Assembly (NCBI RefSeq): GCF_009914755.1 | Contig: NC_060932.1 | Origin: the human T2T-CHM13v2.0 reference genome, Homo sapiens | Reading direction: 5' to 3' (one strand) | DNA: 64,000 bases | In this document: positions 17,591 through 31,883 of the stretch, one piece after another | Numbering within the stretch: the first letter of the stretch is position 1 | Layout of the letters: the number at the start of each line of letters is the position of its first letter | Translations under genes and position numbers: made by a program | Notes under the pieces: model-generated | The model's database searches: none | What the model was told of the DNA's origin: nothing | What the model saw: the letters and a program-made list of their open reading frames with translations, nothing else

Positions 17591-18529
17591 GTACTTACAA
17601 ATTATAAAACACAGTGTATGGCACACAGTGTTTTATAAATATTAACATTTCCAAGGTTCACAACCACTAGGCTCCCTACTTACCTTTCCAGCCTGATCTC
17701 CCTGCGCTCTTCCTACCATTCCAGCTCAGCTATACTTAACTTGCTCATCTGCAGAGCCTTCCTTATGTACTTTTTTCTCTGTCCATCTATCCCTGCATTT
17801 GAGGGATCCTTTCTCATTTTCAGGTTTCAAGGTAGAGGGTCTTCCCTGACTCTAGGTCAGCCATCTCTACAGCACTCCTCCCACCCCCTATGCGTTCCTT
17901 ATTCATCACACTGCATTGCAATCCCTTGCTTCTCATTTGTCTTTCCTGCTGGGCCCTGTAACCACAGGGACAATGCCTGTGACAGCAGTCATTGCAGCAT
18001 CTCCAGCATCCAGCACAGGTCGATACGTGGGGGTTTTCGGCAAATGTTAATTCAGTGAATGAATGAGAAATTCTCACGGCAGCGACTGCATTTCTGCACC
18101 TTCGACACACATTATCACGTGTTATTGTATCTTGTGCTGTTCCTTAGGGCATAACAATTGCTAGCATTTTCTAACTCAATCCTCACAACTCTAGGAGGGA
18201 GGTACTATTCACGTTCTTATTTGAGAAGTGAGGAACTTGAAGTTTAGAGGAGTTACAGTTCTTTCTCACGGTCACTCAGGTTGTAAGTGTTGGAGCGGGT
18301 TCAAGCCAAGTCCTCTGGCACCAGCGTCCCTAAGCCCACCCAGAGTCATACCATTCTGCCATTTTGTTTCTGGCTTTTCTTCATAGTTCAAAGTCAGCCA
18401 ACTACCTGCCCTTAGCAAGCGTGGAGAGAACCCCCCGCACCACCTCAGCAAAGGGCTTGTGTGTGGAGGAGCTGCCACCCACGCTCCATTTCACCAAAGT
18501 GACAACTAATGCTAGGGAGGGCGAACCTC

Positions 18530-20100
18530 TCATCGGCGAGGTCGCCACTGTCACCAGCGCCCACTGCTGGGTCCAAGGCTGGCGACGCCTCACCGCATCT
18601 GGGCTTGACTTCCTGCGTCACTGGGGCGACCCCTGGTCCTGACTTCCACTCCACGCCTTCGTGGATCAGGACGACTGGGACCACTCAAAAGCGTATCCAA
18701 GTCCTGAGGTCTCCAAAGCGGTGGAGAGACCCGCCCAGCCCCTCACTCCCCGGCTGGGAACTGAGATTGTGGAGGGTGGGCGCCCTGCCGCGGCCCAGTG
18801 GGGCTGGGGGCTTCCAGAGTCGGGGTCCAGGGCTCGGTGTCCGAGACTCCACCGCCAGCCGCGCCGACCTGACCCACGGCCGGGTACAACAGAGAAGGCG
18901 GCGCTTCCCAAAGGCACCGATGGAGTGCAGGGTAGCCGCCGCCCTCAGGATTTATCAACCGCGAGGCGCTGTCAGCAACTCGTGCCCGGAAGCCACCCCG
19001 CCCCGGCACACACATACTCCAGCGCCCCCTCCAGGCGCACTCCGCAAACACGCGAGCGCGGCGACCGCCCCAGCCCTTTGTGACTGGATGAGTGGGGCCG
19101 AGCAGCACGCACTGTCTTCGACCTCCAATCAGGACTCGGGGTCTCGGAGCTGTACCAATCGGAGATGACCGTGGCCTCAACAGGGCCAATCGGGGGACTC
19201 GAGCCCGACAACAGGGCAAGCCGCCAACAGCGATCAATCAGAGGGGAGGAGCGGCTCCCAGATGCCCAATCAGCGGCCTTCAGGCGCAGATCGTGGGCGG
19301 AGCGGTAGCCAGGCCGCGGGCCGGCCAATCAGCGGGCGAGCGGCTGCCTCAGCGCGCGCGGCGGGCGGGGCGGGGCCTGTCCGCGCCTAGGAGCAGTGGA
19401 CGCTGAGAGCAGCAAGGCCAGGTGAGGAGTAGGGACGACCCCGAGCCTGGAGAGGGGGCAGGAGTGGGGGCGCGCGAGGGTCGGGGCGGGGTCTCAGGAT
19501 GCAGCCGGGCGGCCTCTCAGGGCTGCGGACGCGGCGGGGAGAGGTGAGGGGCCGGGTTCAGAGTTCGGGGAGGGCGTCCTTCCCGGCGCCGCGGCTGCGG
19601 GCGGAGGGGACACTGTTGCCATGGCAGCGCACGTGCGCTCGCTGGCGCGGCCCGGCACCCCTGCGCTCTTCACCCCGGAACGCGCGTGCCCCTTCAGCCA
19701 GGCCCCTGCCCGCCTGCGCCCCGCGGCCTCCGTCGCCGCCGGCTCTGGGCCGGGGCCTGCGCAGGGACCGCCTGCCTAGGCCGCTGCCTCTCCCTCGCAC
19801 CCCGGGCTGCCTGGCTGTCTCTCCCTCCTGCTGTCTCCTCCAGGCGGCGCTGGGCACCGCAGGCCTCTGCGTTTTGACCACCCGCGCCGGTTCGCGGAAT
19901 GGCCACATCCTGGCGACTGGCACCAGAGAGATGCAACCGTCTGAGGGCCTTGGGGTGTCTGTCCCCCAGGGAAATTTTTTTTTTTTTTTGGAGGTGGAGG
20001 GGGCGGGGTTCTCCCTCTGTTGCCCGGGCTGATCTCGAACTCGTGAGCTCCAGCGGTCTGCCCGCGGAGGCCTCCCTAAGTACTGGGATCACAGGCGGGA
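18530..20100 (+). promoter_or_regulatory. AP3M2: AP3M2 CpG-island promoter
   Basis: CpG island; CCAAT boxes at 19125, 19155, 19186, 19266 and 19325; GC boxes at ~19362-19376; X-box at 19615-19628. Confidence 0.9.
19340..19421 (+). other. AP3M2: AP3M2 non-coding exon 1 (5' end approximate)
   Basis: Donor CAG|GTGAGG at 19421/19422, just downstream of the CCAAT/GC boxes. Confidence 0.7.
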
Positions 20101-20224
20101 GCCCCAAGGGATCTTTTTAAATGTCTTACTGCATTAGCAAGTGCCTAAGGAGTGCTCAGAGAATAGCTCTGATTGGATGAATAAAGACCCCCAAGGGCAG
20201 CTTTCCATTCCTCCCACCAATTCT

Positions 20225-20515
20225 GGTGGGCAGAAATAGAAAGCAAACCACATATGTAATTGTACATGTTCTGGTAACCACTTTAAAATAATAAAACAGG
20301 TTAAATTAATTTTAATATATTTGATTTAACCCAGGATATCCAAAATGTTATTACAACATATAATCAATATTAAATTATTGGTAAGATATTTGAAATTTTT
20401 TTTTTCATGCAAAGCCTTTCAGATTTGTCGTGTGTCTTACACTTAACAGCACACCTCAGTCCGCACCAGCCACCTTTCAAGTGCTCGCTGGTCCCATAGT
20501 GGCTATCGTATTAAG
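20225..20515. mobile_element. MER33-like hAT-Charlie relic
   Basis: atttaacccaggatatccaaaatgttatt...ccagccacctttcaagtgctc. Confidence 0.6.
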
Positions 20516-21003
20516 CTGCGCATTTCTTGTGTATGTGTGAGCTGTTGCCAAAACATGACATCAAATTCAGTGTTCTTGGAAGCCCTCTTCAAAGAACACT
20601 GATTGTGTTGCAGTCAGGCAACGCAAAACATGAGGCACGGCCCTTTTCTTCAAGGAGTTTGCGGTTCGGTTGAGAAAATAGACACCCACAGATAAGTAGT
20701 ATTTTAAATGGATGCAATTTGGGCGATAGTAAAGATAACTGGGAGTATATGATTGACAGTCAGATGACTGATCATTATCGTTTCGAATTCAAGGGAGGGC
20801 TATCTTCAGGCTCATGCAGGAGGGGAAGATTGGGCCTGGTCTTGAAAGATGGGTAAGTCTTGGACTGTTGGGAAAAGATGGGGAGGGCCTTTTGGTTGAA
20901 TGGAACTGAATATCGCTGCTTTTGTTTTTAGAGTTGAAAACTTACAGAGTCCTGAGGCTTTCAGACTGAAAAAGGCTTTCTTCTGTCACTGACAATCGCC
21001 ACC

Positions 21004-21276
21004 ATGATCCATAGTCTTTTCTTGATCAACTCCTCTGGAGACATTTTCCTGGAGAAACATTGGAAAAGTGTGGTCAGCCGTTCTGTTTGTGATTACTTTT
21101 TTGAGGCGCAAGAGAGAGCTACTGAGGCAGAAAATGTGCCTCCGGTTATCCCTACCCCTCACCACTATCTCTTAAGTGTTTACCGCCACAAGATCTTTTT
21201 TGTGGCCGTGATCCAGACGGAGGTCCCCCCTCTGTTTGTCATTGAGTTTCTTCACCGAGTGGTGGACACATTTCAG
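21004..21276 (+). CDS. AP3M2: AP-3 complex subunit mu-2 (mu3B), exon 2 (first coding exon; exon starts ~20932)
   Basis: Kozak gccaccATG; MIHSLFLINSSGDIFLEKHWKS...RVVDTFQ (longin domain); donor CAG|GTTCGT; 273 nt. Confidence 0.97.
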
Positions 21277-24261
21277 GTTCGTGAATGTGGGAAAGTTCAT
21301 ATATGTAAACCGTAAAGTGTCTTTGTAGTCCTGTTTCCATTGTGTAAAGCCTCCATTAAGAAACTTAAAAAAAAAAATCAAAACTCTGGTATTACTCACT
21401 TCCTCTCCCATCTGATAAGATTCTGGTTTCTATTTATTGAATTGGCTGCATGCAAAATGACAAATGGAATACTTTTGAACCTCTTGCGTGGGAAAGTCAT
21501 CCTATTTGCGATGACTATATATAGCCTTTCTAGCTCTGATTCTACTTTTTGCTCACAAATTAGAGTTTAGATTGTTTTTGCCTGGTGGTCTTGATCCTAA
21601 CCATTGTTATCTGCATTGCTTTGAGTTGCATCAGAAAGTGATTGTATAAAGTTTTAGAAAAGAAAAAGTAGAAAAAGCTAAGGAATGCTTAATTTAACTC
21701 TCCCAGTCAGGGGTAACTCATGAACCTGTACTAGTTCTCAGGTTTGAGGTGGTTCTTTATAGTGAGAGAGTGGTACTGATGAGCTCTGCTTGCAAAGATG
21801 AGATTGGGAAATCTCATGTGCCTGTAAGAATTTAAGTGAGCCATTTTATGAGGCAGTTTTCATTTTAAGCTTTTTCTTCAGGAATAGATGTTAAGAACTT
21901 AGGGGGTGATGTCCAAGGGAGGTCAGTGATACCAGGACACGACACCATTTGCAGCACAGGAGTTCAGACAGCACCGGCCCTGGATTCACACAGAGGAACT
22001 TTCTCCCAAAAGAACCAATCAACTTCTAACTGTTGTGGTTATTTGCATAACTCAAATGAGAAGCGAGGGCCTTTTGGTTTAACTTCTGTGTCATATGAGG
22101 TCTGGAATGAGTCATATGAACACTGGAATTGTGGAATTGGAGAAGAGAATGAGGACCCACACACTATGATAAAAGTTAAAAAGCAAGTCAAAGAGTTCCT
22201 TCTCTTGTACTCATATCTGCACCACGTCTAGAACAACTTCCCTTCCCAAGAGAATTAAAATACATTTTTTGTTTTTCCCTGCAATACTCTGTAGTACTAC
22301 TGTTCTGGAATTTCAGTTCTCATGCAACATACCGGCCCCTTTGCACAGTGAAAACGTAAGTATGATAAGTCCCAGTATGTGGAAGAACTAGAAGAACCCA
22401 GGAGTTGTGATCCTAAACAACTTTTAACTGGGCCTTGTTATGATTTCCACGTGTGATACTTTACTCATTCTGAGATTAACAGTCGCACTGGTGAAACTGA
22501 CAGCCGCTATATGGCCATACTAATGTAACTTATTACAAGACAGGAAGTGAGAAGAGTTGTTTGATCTAGTTGAAACCACGGGGGAATTTGGGAAAGCAGA
22601 GTAAATTTGCTAATTTGGAAGTCTGAGACTTCAGAGCTTGTTATTCTTGAAGCAGTTGTTAAAAGTCAGTGGACATCCTGATTCTCAGGTCTCCGATGTG
22701 GATGTGCATCCTCTCCGGCAGCATGATTTTTCCAGGACCAGAATGTGACAGGAGCGGCCCCGCAATAGAATTGCAGGCTCACAGGCCGGCTGCAGCACTT
22801 GGCTGTATTGCGAGGCTCCTTTCCAGCTGCTTAGTTCACATGATGCCTGGTTTATAAAACCTAGTGAAGTGTTTTATTTTTTAAAAATAAATCACTTTTG
22901 GGAAGGAAATGTGTGACTTTTTCTTCTTTTAAATTATCATTCAAAATGAGAATTTTCCTCTTAAAGAGGAAATCTTTTTGTTTTAGGAATACATTCCTGA
23001 CTCTTAGGTGACCCGGGTATTGGAATCTTGTGGATAATTGACGTTATCTAATGTAATTTAGACTCTAGTAGAGTCTGTTCAGTTTTGGATGTCAAAGAAA
23101 TGGAAAGATGGTGAAACAACCTGGAAACCATACCTTATCATGAACAGCGGAAGTATCTTGAAAGTGTGGCCCTGAGAAGAAAAAAACTGAGGTGAAAACT
23201 CGTAGTTTTCAGATAATTGCAGGGCTGTTATGTACACTTGCTCTGCAAAACAGAGCTAGGAGGCAAATTTCAGTTTAGCAAAAGAAAGAACTTTGGAATG
23301 ATCAGAGCCATTCATGAATAGAATGGACTTTCTCAAAAGGAGTAAATTTTCCTTCATTCTATGAGTTCAAGAGGGTTGCATGACCCTCTCAGAGGTCCTG
23401 GAAAAGACATACTGACATTGCTGGAAGGGAACATTGAATAGCCACAAACATTTCTTGCTAAATAATGATCACGCATTCCATTTTGTAGTGCTTTATAGTT
23501 TACAAAGTACATTCATGAGCGTTAGTGTTTAATTAGTCATGCCTAATTCTTACAGCCCTGTACCTCCAGTGGTGTTATCCTGATTATACCATTAAAGAAT
23601 CAAGATCAAAATTAATTAACATGACTTAATCTACAAATGACAAAATTATAATCCAGGTCTTCTGGTTTGAAATCCAGTGCTTTCCCACAATGCAGATAAT
23701 TTAGCACCTAACGTTAGCCTTTTAAATAAAAGGACAAAGAGTTCTTGGAATGCTAGCGTCTTAAAGATAGTCCAAAGGAATTTTCAGGTGTGCTAGTTTG
23801 TCCCCTTCATTTCATTTTTTTCCCCTCAACTCTTATTCACTGCATGAATGTTAAGAAATAGCACAGCAGTAGGGGTAAAGATTTTCATGTACTGTTCTTT
23901 GTTATATCAAGTATTATTTTGTATAATTCTTTCAAATTCTTGTTGATAAGCACATATAATCAAGATTCAATTTTGTATTCTGTGTATTTTATCAAGTTGA
24001 GGAAATTAACCCAAAAGATTTAAGTTCCTCTTGTTTGTAGAAGAAGCTAGTAATGACAGTAGTACCATAAGCCAGTCTAGTGCTTTCTACCAAACAGACT
24101 GCCTAAGAGAACTATGGTTATGCTGCATTCCCTCGTTGTAGAAGAGTAGCCCAGAAACACATGGACAGGCCAGATCCTTATTCTCTGTAGGCACATTCTT
24201 TTATTTATTTATTTATTTTACAGTATCTGAGTGATCAATGTGTATATTCTGTCTCCATCAG

Positions 24262-24433
24262 GATTATTTTGGAGTCTGTTCAGAGCCAGTGATCAAAGAC
24301 AATGTAGTTGTGGTTTATGAGGTATTGGAAGAGATGCTTGACAATGGTTTTCCATTGGCTACCGAGTCGAACATTCTTAAAGAACTCATAAAGCCTCCTA
24401 CCATCCTTCGAACGGTTGTCAACACCATCACAG
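24262..24433 (+). CDS. AP3M2: AP3M2 exon 3
   Basis: DYFGVCSEPVIKDNVVVVYEVLEEMLDNGFP...NTIT; AG/GT boundaries; 172 nt. Confidence 0.97.
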
Positions 24434-24567
24434 GTACGGCAGAGGGGGAAACTGATAGATAGTGGCCATCCTACAGCCTGAGTGGCTTAGTCGAGTGTCG
24501 CACATTGTTTTGAGTGTTTGTCTTTGGGGATCTCAGGTGTCCCAGTGCTTTAATTTTGCTCTTTGTA

Positions 24568-25412
<845 letters not shown>

Positions 25413-26363
25413 CTTCATTTTTAATAATTTATAGTTTTCTTCCATGTGGAGTGGACCCAAAGTTACGTACTGAATCCCTATTTATGATGTTACTGATTTT
25501 TGTTCTTTTAAATAACAAGGATTACCATTCTTACACTTGAACCTTGGTGCACATCTGGGATGATTTCTTTAAAGTAGTAGAGGTAGCAATGCTGTGTCAA
25601 GGGGTGTATACATTTTAAGTACTGTAATGTGTTGCTCTCCAGAAAAGTTAGGCCAATTTATACTTTCAGTAACAATTTCAAAGCACTGTAGTGAACCCTG
25701 TTATTGTCATTAATAATTTTTTAGAAACATTGGCAATTTGATAGTTTATTGATATCTTGTATTTACAGTCATTTTTTGTTATTAAGGAGACTAAAATCTT
25801 TTCAAGTATTTATTGACTGTTTTTCCTCTATTGTGAATTACCTTTTCATGTCCTTTGTTCATTTTTTTGTTGTTGAAATGTATTTCTTTTTTCATGTGGA
25901 TTTAAAATCTCTTTTATGGGAGATCTTTATGTCTTTTGATTACTGCATTACAGATATTTTCTTACAGTCTATCACTTGTGATTTAGCTTTGTTCTGGTGG
26001 TGTTTAGCCACATTTTAAATGTTTTGATTTAATCAAATTAATCATTCTTTTCATTAAGGTTTTACATTTTGGGTCTTGTTTAATGCATAAGCAAGCATTT
26101 TCATGGAATTTTATAAACTGATTGAAAAATACATTTTAAAAGTATAAATATTGCAAGAATAGCCAGGACAGTTTTGGAAAAGAATTACAAAGGGGTTGTT
26201 GGGAGGATTTGCCCTGTCAAATATCACGACACGTTAAGTTTGTATAGTACACAAGACAAATATTCATACAGTAGACATCCTACAAGACCCAAGAGAGTTT
26301 TGAAAATAATATTTTTAAAAAGAGGAAAGATAAAATGTGTCCTACCAGATATCAGATATATTA

Positions 26364-26580
26364 CAGGTTTAACATCCCAAATCCAAAATCCAGAATGCTC
26401 TACAATCCAAAACTTTTTGGATACTGACATGACACTCAAAGGAAATGCTCATTGGAGGATTTCAGATTTTTGAATTTGGGATGCGCAACTGGTATAATCC
26501 AGATATTCCAAAATTTAAAAAAATACAAAATTTGAAACATTTCTGGTCCTGAACATTTCAGGTAAAGATTACTCAATCTG
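26364..26580. mobile_element. Tigger4a/MER46A MITE inside an old L1 fragment
   Basis: TA-flanked caggttt...caatctg termini; internal tgacatgacactcaaaggaaatgctcattgga. Confidence 0.7.
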
Positions 26581-27340
26581 TATGAAGTTTGGGTAGTTTT
26601 TAAAATTTGGTATTTGTCTGTAACAGACAGATAGGTCATTGGGATAAAATAGTCCAGAAACAGACCCTTGCTTTTATAGGAATTTGGTGTAGATAGATGT
26701 GGTCATTTATCAAATCAGTGGACCAGGGGCTGGTTGTTAACTATATTGTATTAGGGCAGTCAGCTTCAATATGGAAAAAATTAAGTCCCTCCACTTCACA
26801 CTATACACAAAATAAAGTCTAGCTAGGTTAAGGAGTTAAACACAGACTTTATAATTATTAGACAAAAACAGGAGAATGTCTTTTTGATCTCAGAGAAGGG
26901 AAGATCTTTTTTAAAAGTCTAGTTTGTGATTTTATTTTTGGATTTAATTATTTAATCCATTTGAAAATTATCTTGGTGTGCAATAATGTTTATTTCTTCA
27001 AGAGTTTTCCTAGCACCATTGTGTAATTTATCCTTTTCCCCTGTTTTAGAATGACATTTCTATCTTGTCCTGTCATTATGGATTCTTGGTCTGTTTTTAG
27101 GCTTTCCTGCCTTTTCCCTAGACTGCTTTGATTATTATATCTTGATGATACATTTTAATACATAGTTCCTCTTTTTAAGGAAACAAATTTGGTGGTTTCT
27201 TCAATATTCTGAGTTCATTTTAAGCCTTAAAAGCTTTGTTAGTGCCTGAATCATTTACGAATATTATGAAGTGAGTTAAGCCTGTATCTCACTTTAATCT
27301 AGAAAAGGGTATCTAAGAACCACTTTTGAAAAGTTGAAAT

Positions 27341-27940
<600 letters not shown>

Positions 27941-28599
27941 TTAAAGACAGAAAATAAAAGGATCCAGGTAATGGAAGAAGGAAATAGAATTTAAATTAAT
28001 GTATTTTATTATGTCAGTATAAAACCTTTTAAATTAAAAAAAGTTTATGCCTGTAAAGGAAAAAACAAGTGAAGGAATTGATCTACAATTCTTAAAGACA
28101 GGGAGAGATCAACTTTGTGTTCTTTTCCTAAGTTTCAGTGTTGGAACTTGGGAATGAGACAGATCATATTGATATGTACATTTTAGTACCTACCATAAAT
28201 GTACCTAAGAACCTATCTCAGGCTCAAATACTGTTTTTACCCATGAAATTTTTATATCAATATGTAGATTACGAACTCTACTGAAAGCCAATACATTATT
28301 TAAGCTGCATCTGAGATACTAAGTTCAGGTTACTTTCAAAACCAAAATATGATATCTGTTTCTCAGGTAACTTTTTCTTAAACCTTTATTCTGTTTGAAA
28401 AGGCAGACCAGATAGCAACAAGGGGTTTTAAAAATAGACTAGGTTACCCCATATAGAAGTTGGGAAAAACCTCATCTTCTGTTTGAAAAATTCTTCAATT
28501 GAGTGCATGAATAGTGGGAGCATAGAAACTTCTAGGGAGGTGTTCTGTGGTTTCTAGAGTCAAAATGGTGTTAAAATACAGTAATATTAATTGCCTCAG

Positions 28600-28737
28600 G
28601 AAGCACGAATGTGGGTGACCAGCTTCCCACTGGGCAGCTGTCAGTGGTGCCTTGGCGACGGACTGGGGTGAAATATACCAACAATGAGGCCTATTTTGAT
28701 GTGATTGAAGAGATTGATGCAATTATTGATAAATCAG
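28600..28737 (+). CDS. AP3M2: AP3M2 exon 4
   Basis: STNVGDQLPTGQLSVVPWRRTGVKYTNNEAYFDVIEEIDAIIDKS (mu-adaptin WR...NE signature); 138 nt. Confidence 0.97.
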
Positions 28738-28953
28738 GTAGGTGCTTTTAATATGTTCTCAGAAATATGAAAATAGAAAGGGACCTCTTTCATATAATGC
28801 TTGTAGTTTCAGAATTAACCCCCATTCAAGGTCATCCACTTCAATTTAGTGCCTACTTTGTGCCAGGCACTGTGCTGGGTACTGGGAATGGACGTTAATA
28901 TTATGATGCAGACCAGGGTTTATTTCATATGTTTACTTGCTTTATTGGTCTTA

Positions 28954-29637
<684 letters not shown>

Positions 29638-31393
29638 TGTAAAAAGTCCTTTTCACATTAGTGAACTTATTAAATTCAACAGATGTTTACTGAAAACTTG
29701 CATCATAGCACAGTGCTAGATAGTGGGCACTTGATGATGAATAAGACATAGTCTATGGCTGCAGAAGTTAAGTCTAGTGAGGGAGAGAGAAAGGTAAAAA
29801 GGTAGAGCATATGAGAGGTACCCACCCCTGAGCAAAGTGCAACAGAGAGGTGGGGGTGTTTATGCTTCATCAGTGGATTGAAATGAAGTTATTAAGATGT
29901 GTGGATTTGGGAGCAAAGTATGCGCAAACATCACAATATTGAGCAAAAAATCAGATGCATAAGATTATAGACAGTGGGATTACATGTATATGAAGTTTGA
30001 AAACAGATGCAATTTAGTCTAAGGTAATAGAAGTCAGAATTTTGGGGATGTGAATTACCTGGGATGGGTAAGAGGGAGTGCTTGGATGCTGAAAATGTTC
30101 CGTATCTTGCTGTAGCTAGTATTTGCATAAATGTATATATATTTAAAAATTCATTGAGCTGTACACTTTAAGATTTTTACATTTTACTGTTTACCTCAAC
30201 GAAAAAGTAAAATATATATGGCCAGATCATGAAGAACCTTGCCTGCCAGTTTAAGGAGGGCAGATGTGAGTGATTGAAGAGTTTTAAGTTGGGAATGACT
30301 TGATGAGACTTGTAGTTTAGAGCGATGAGTCTGGCTGCTGTGTGAAGAATGGCCTGAAGTGGGGTGGGCCTGAAGGCAGGGAGCAGCTACGAGGCTGAAA
30401 TCCAGGCCCAAAACATAGATGTCCATAGTGCAATGAGGACAGAGAGGAATGCACAGACCAGAGAGAGGTGAGTCCTCGAAAAGAAAGGAGCTGATCATTG
30501 GCTGGATGTGGGCGGGAGAAGTGGACGTTGTCAGGGATGCATCTGTGTTTCTGGCTTAGGCAGCAGGATAAATGGTGCCATCACACAGATTTGGAAATGG
30601 GAGCACCGGGTTCAGGGCATGAGAGAATGGACTCATTTCTGACATGTGCCTCAGTGTCATCCAAGTGGAGATGTCCATTAGGCAGGAGTGGGGCTGAACT
30701 TGAAAAAAGAATAGGTAATAATGGGCTGTAAATGAACATTGAAGCCTTGGGAAGTAGGTAAAATAACCCAGGAGAGTGTGTAAAGTGAAAGAAAATAGAA
30801 GTTCAGAACTGAAAAAGCATTTAAGGGATGTGCAAAGAAAGAGAACCTGCCGAAGACACTGAGGAAGAGGAGCTGGGAAAATAGGACACCAGGAGAGGTT
30901 AGGAGGGAGGGATGTTTGAGAAGGCAGAAGTGATTGACAGTGACACATGCCACATAGAGGATGTATAGAATAAGAGACTGGGAGTGACCACTCACTTTAG
31001 CAGCAGAGCTCATTGGTGACCTTAGGGAGAACAGTTTCTGATAGGAAACTTTCTGAACCATTGGCTAAAATAATGATGCTCTGTTTAATTCTGATATTAG
31101 ACTGACAACTCCTTTAGGCTAATAACTACTTCATTAATCTTTTTATCACCGTTACCTCACCATAGTGTCTCATGCTTGATGTGCAGTTGATAAGTGTTCA
31201 GAATGATGGATAGATGGATTGTATAAATGAATTGGATGGCTAGGCAGAAGGAAAGAAAGGGAGAGAGAGGAAGGGGAGGGAGAGAGAGGAAGGTGAGGGA
31301 GAGAGGAAGAGAAGGAGGGAGGAGATAAGTTTGTTGAGAAGGACAGAGAAGTATTCAGTAATCTGTGTTCTTTTTGTCTTATTCCTGTCTCAG

Positions 31394-31479
31394 GCTCCAC
31401 AATTACTGCTGAGATCCAGGGGGTGATTGATGCCTGTGTCAAGCTGACTGGCATGCCAGACCTTACACTTTCCTTCATG
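31394..31479 (+). CDS. AP3M2: AP3M2 exon 5
   Basis: STITAEIQGVIDACVKLTGMPDLTLSFM; 86 nt. Confidence 0.97.
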
Positions 31480-31749
31480 GTAAAATCCTGGGCCAGAGAT
31501 TAAGTTCTTGGGATGAGAAATTAAATGCTGCTGGAAAGACAGAGTAGTGGGAATGGAATAGAACAAGAAGAAATAATTAGGACAGCCACGAAGCTTGTCT
31601 CAGGCTTGAATTTTCTAGAAGTCACTACATGATTTCTGTGTGTGTGTGTGTGGTGTGTTTTAATTAAAAACAGCATTTAAATTGCTTTCCTGAAAGCACT
31701 GCGGGTGTTTAATGCCCACTTCTTGCTTCTCCTCTCCTGATGACTGTAG

Positions 31750-31883
31750 AACCCTAGGTTGTTGGATGATGTCAGCTTCCATCCTTGTGTTCGTTTCAAA
31801 CGCTGGGAATCTGAGCGCATCCTCTCCTTCATCCCTCCTGATGGAAACTTCCGCCTGCTGTCTTACCATGTCAGTGCACAGAA
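31750..31883 (+). CDS. AP3M2: AP3M2 exon 6
   Basis: NPRLLDDVSFHPCVRFKRWESERILSFIPPDGNFRLLSY (mu signature FHPCV / FIPPDG); 134 nt. Confidence 0.97.

Noticed and set aside
18509-20107. ORFs of 120-220 aa across the AP3M2 promoter island
   Set aside because: GC-content artefacts with no recognisable domain
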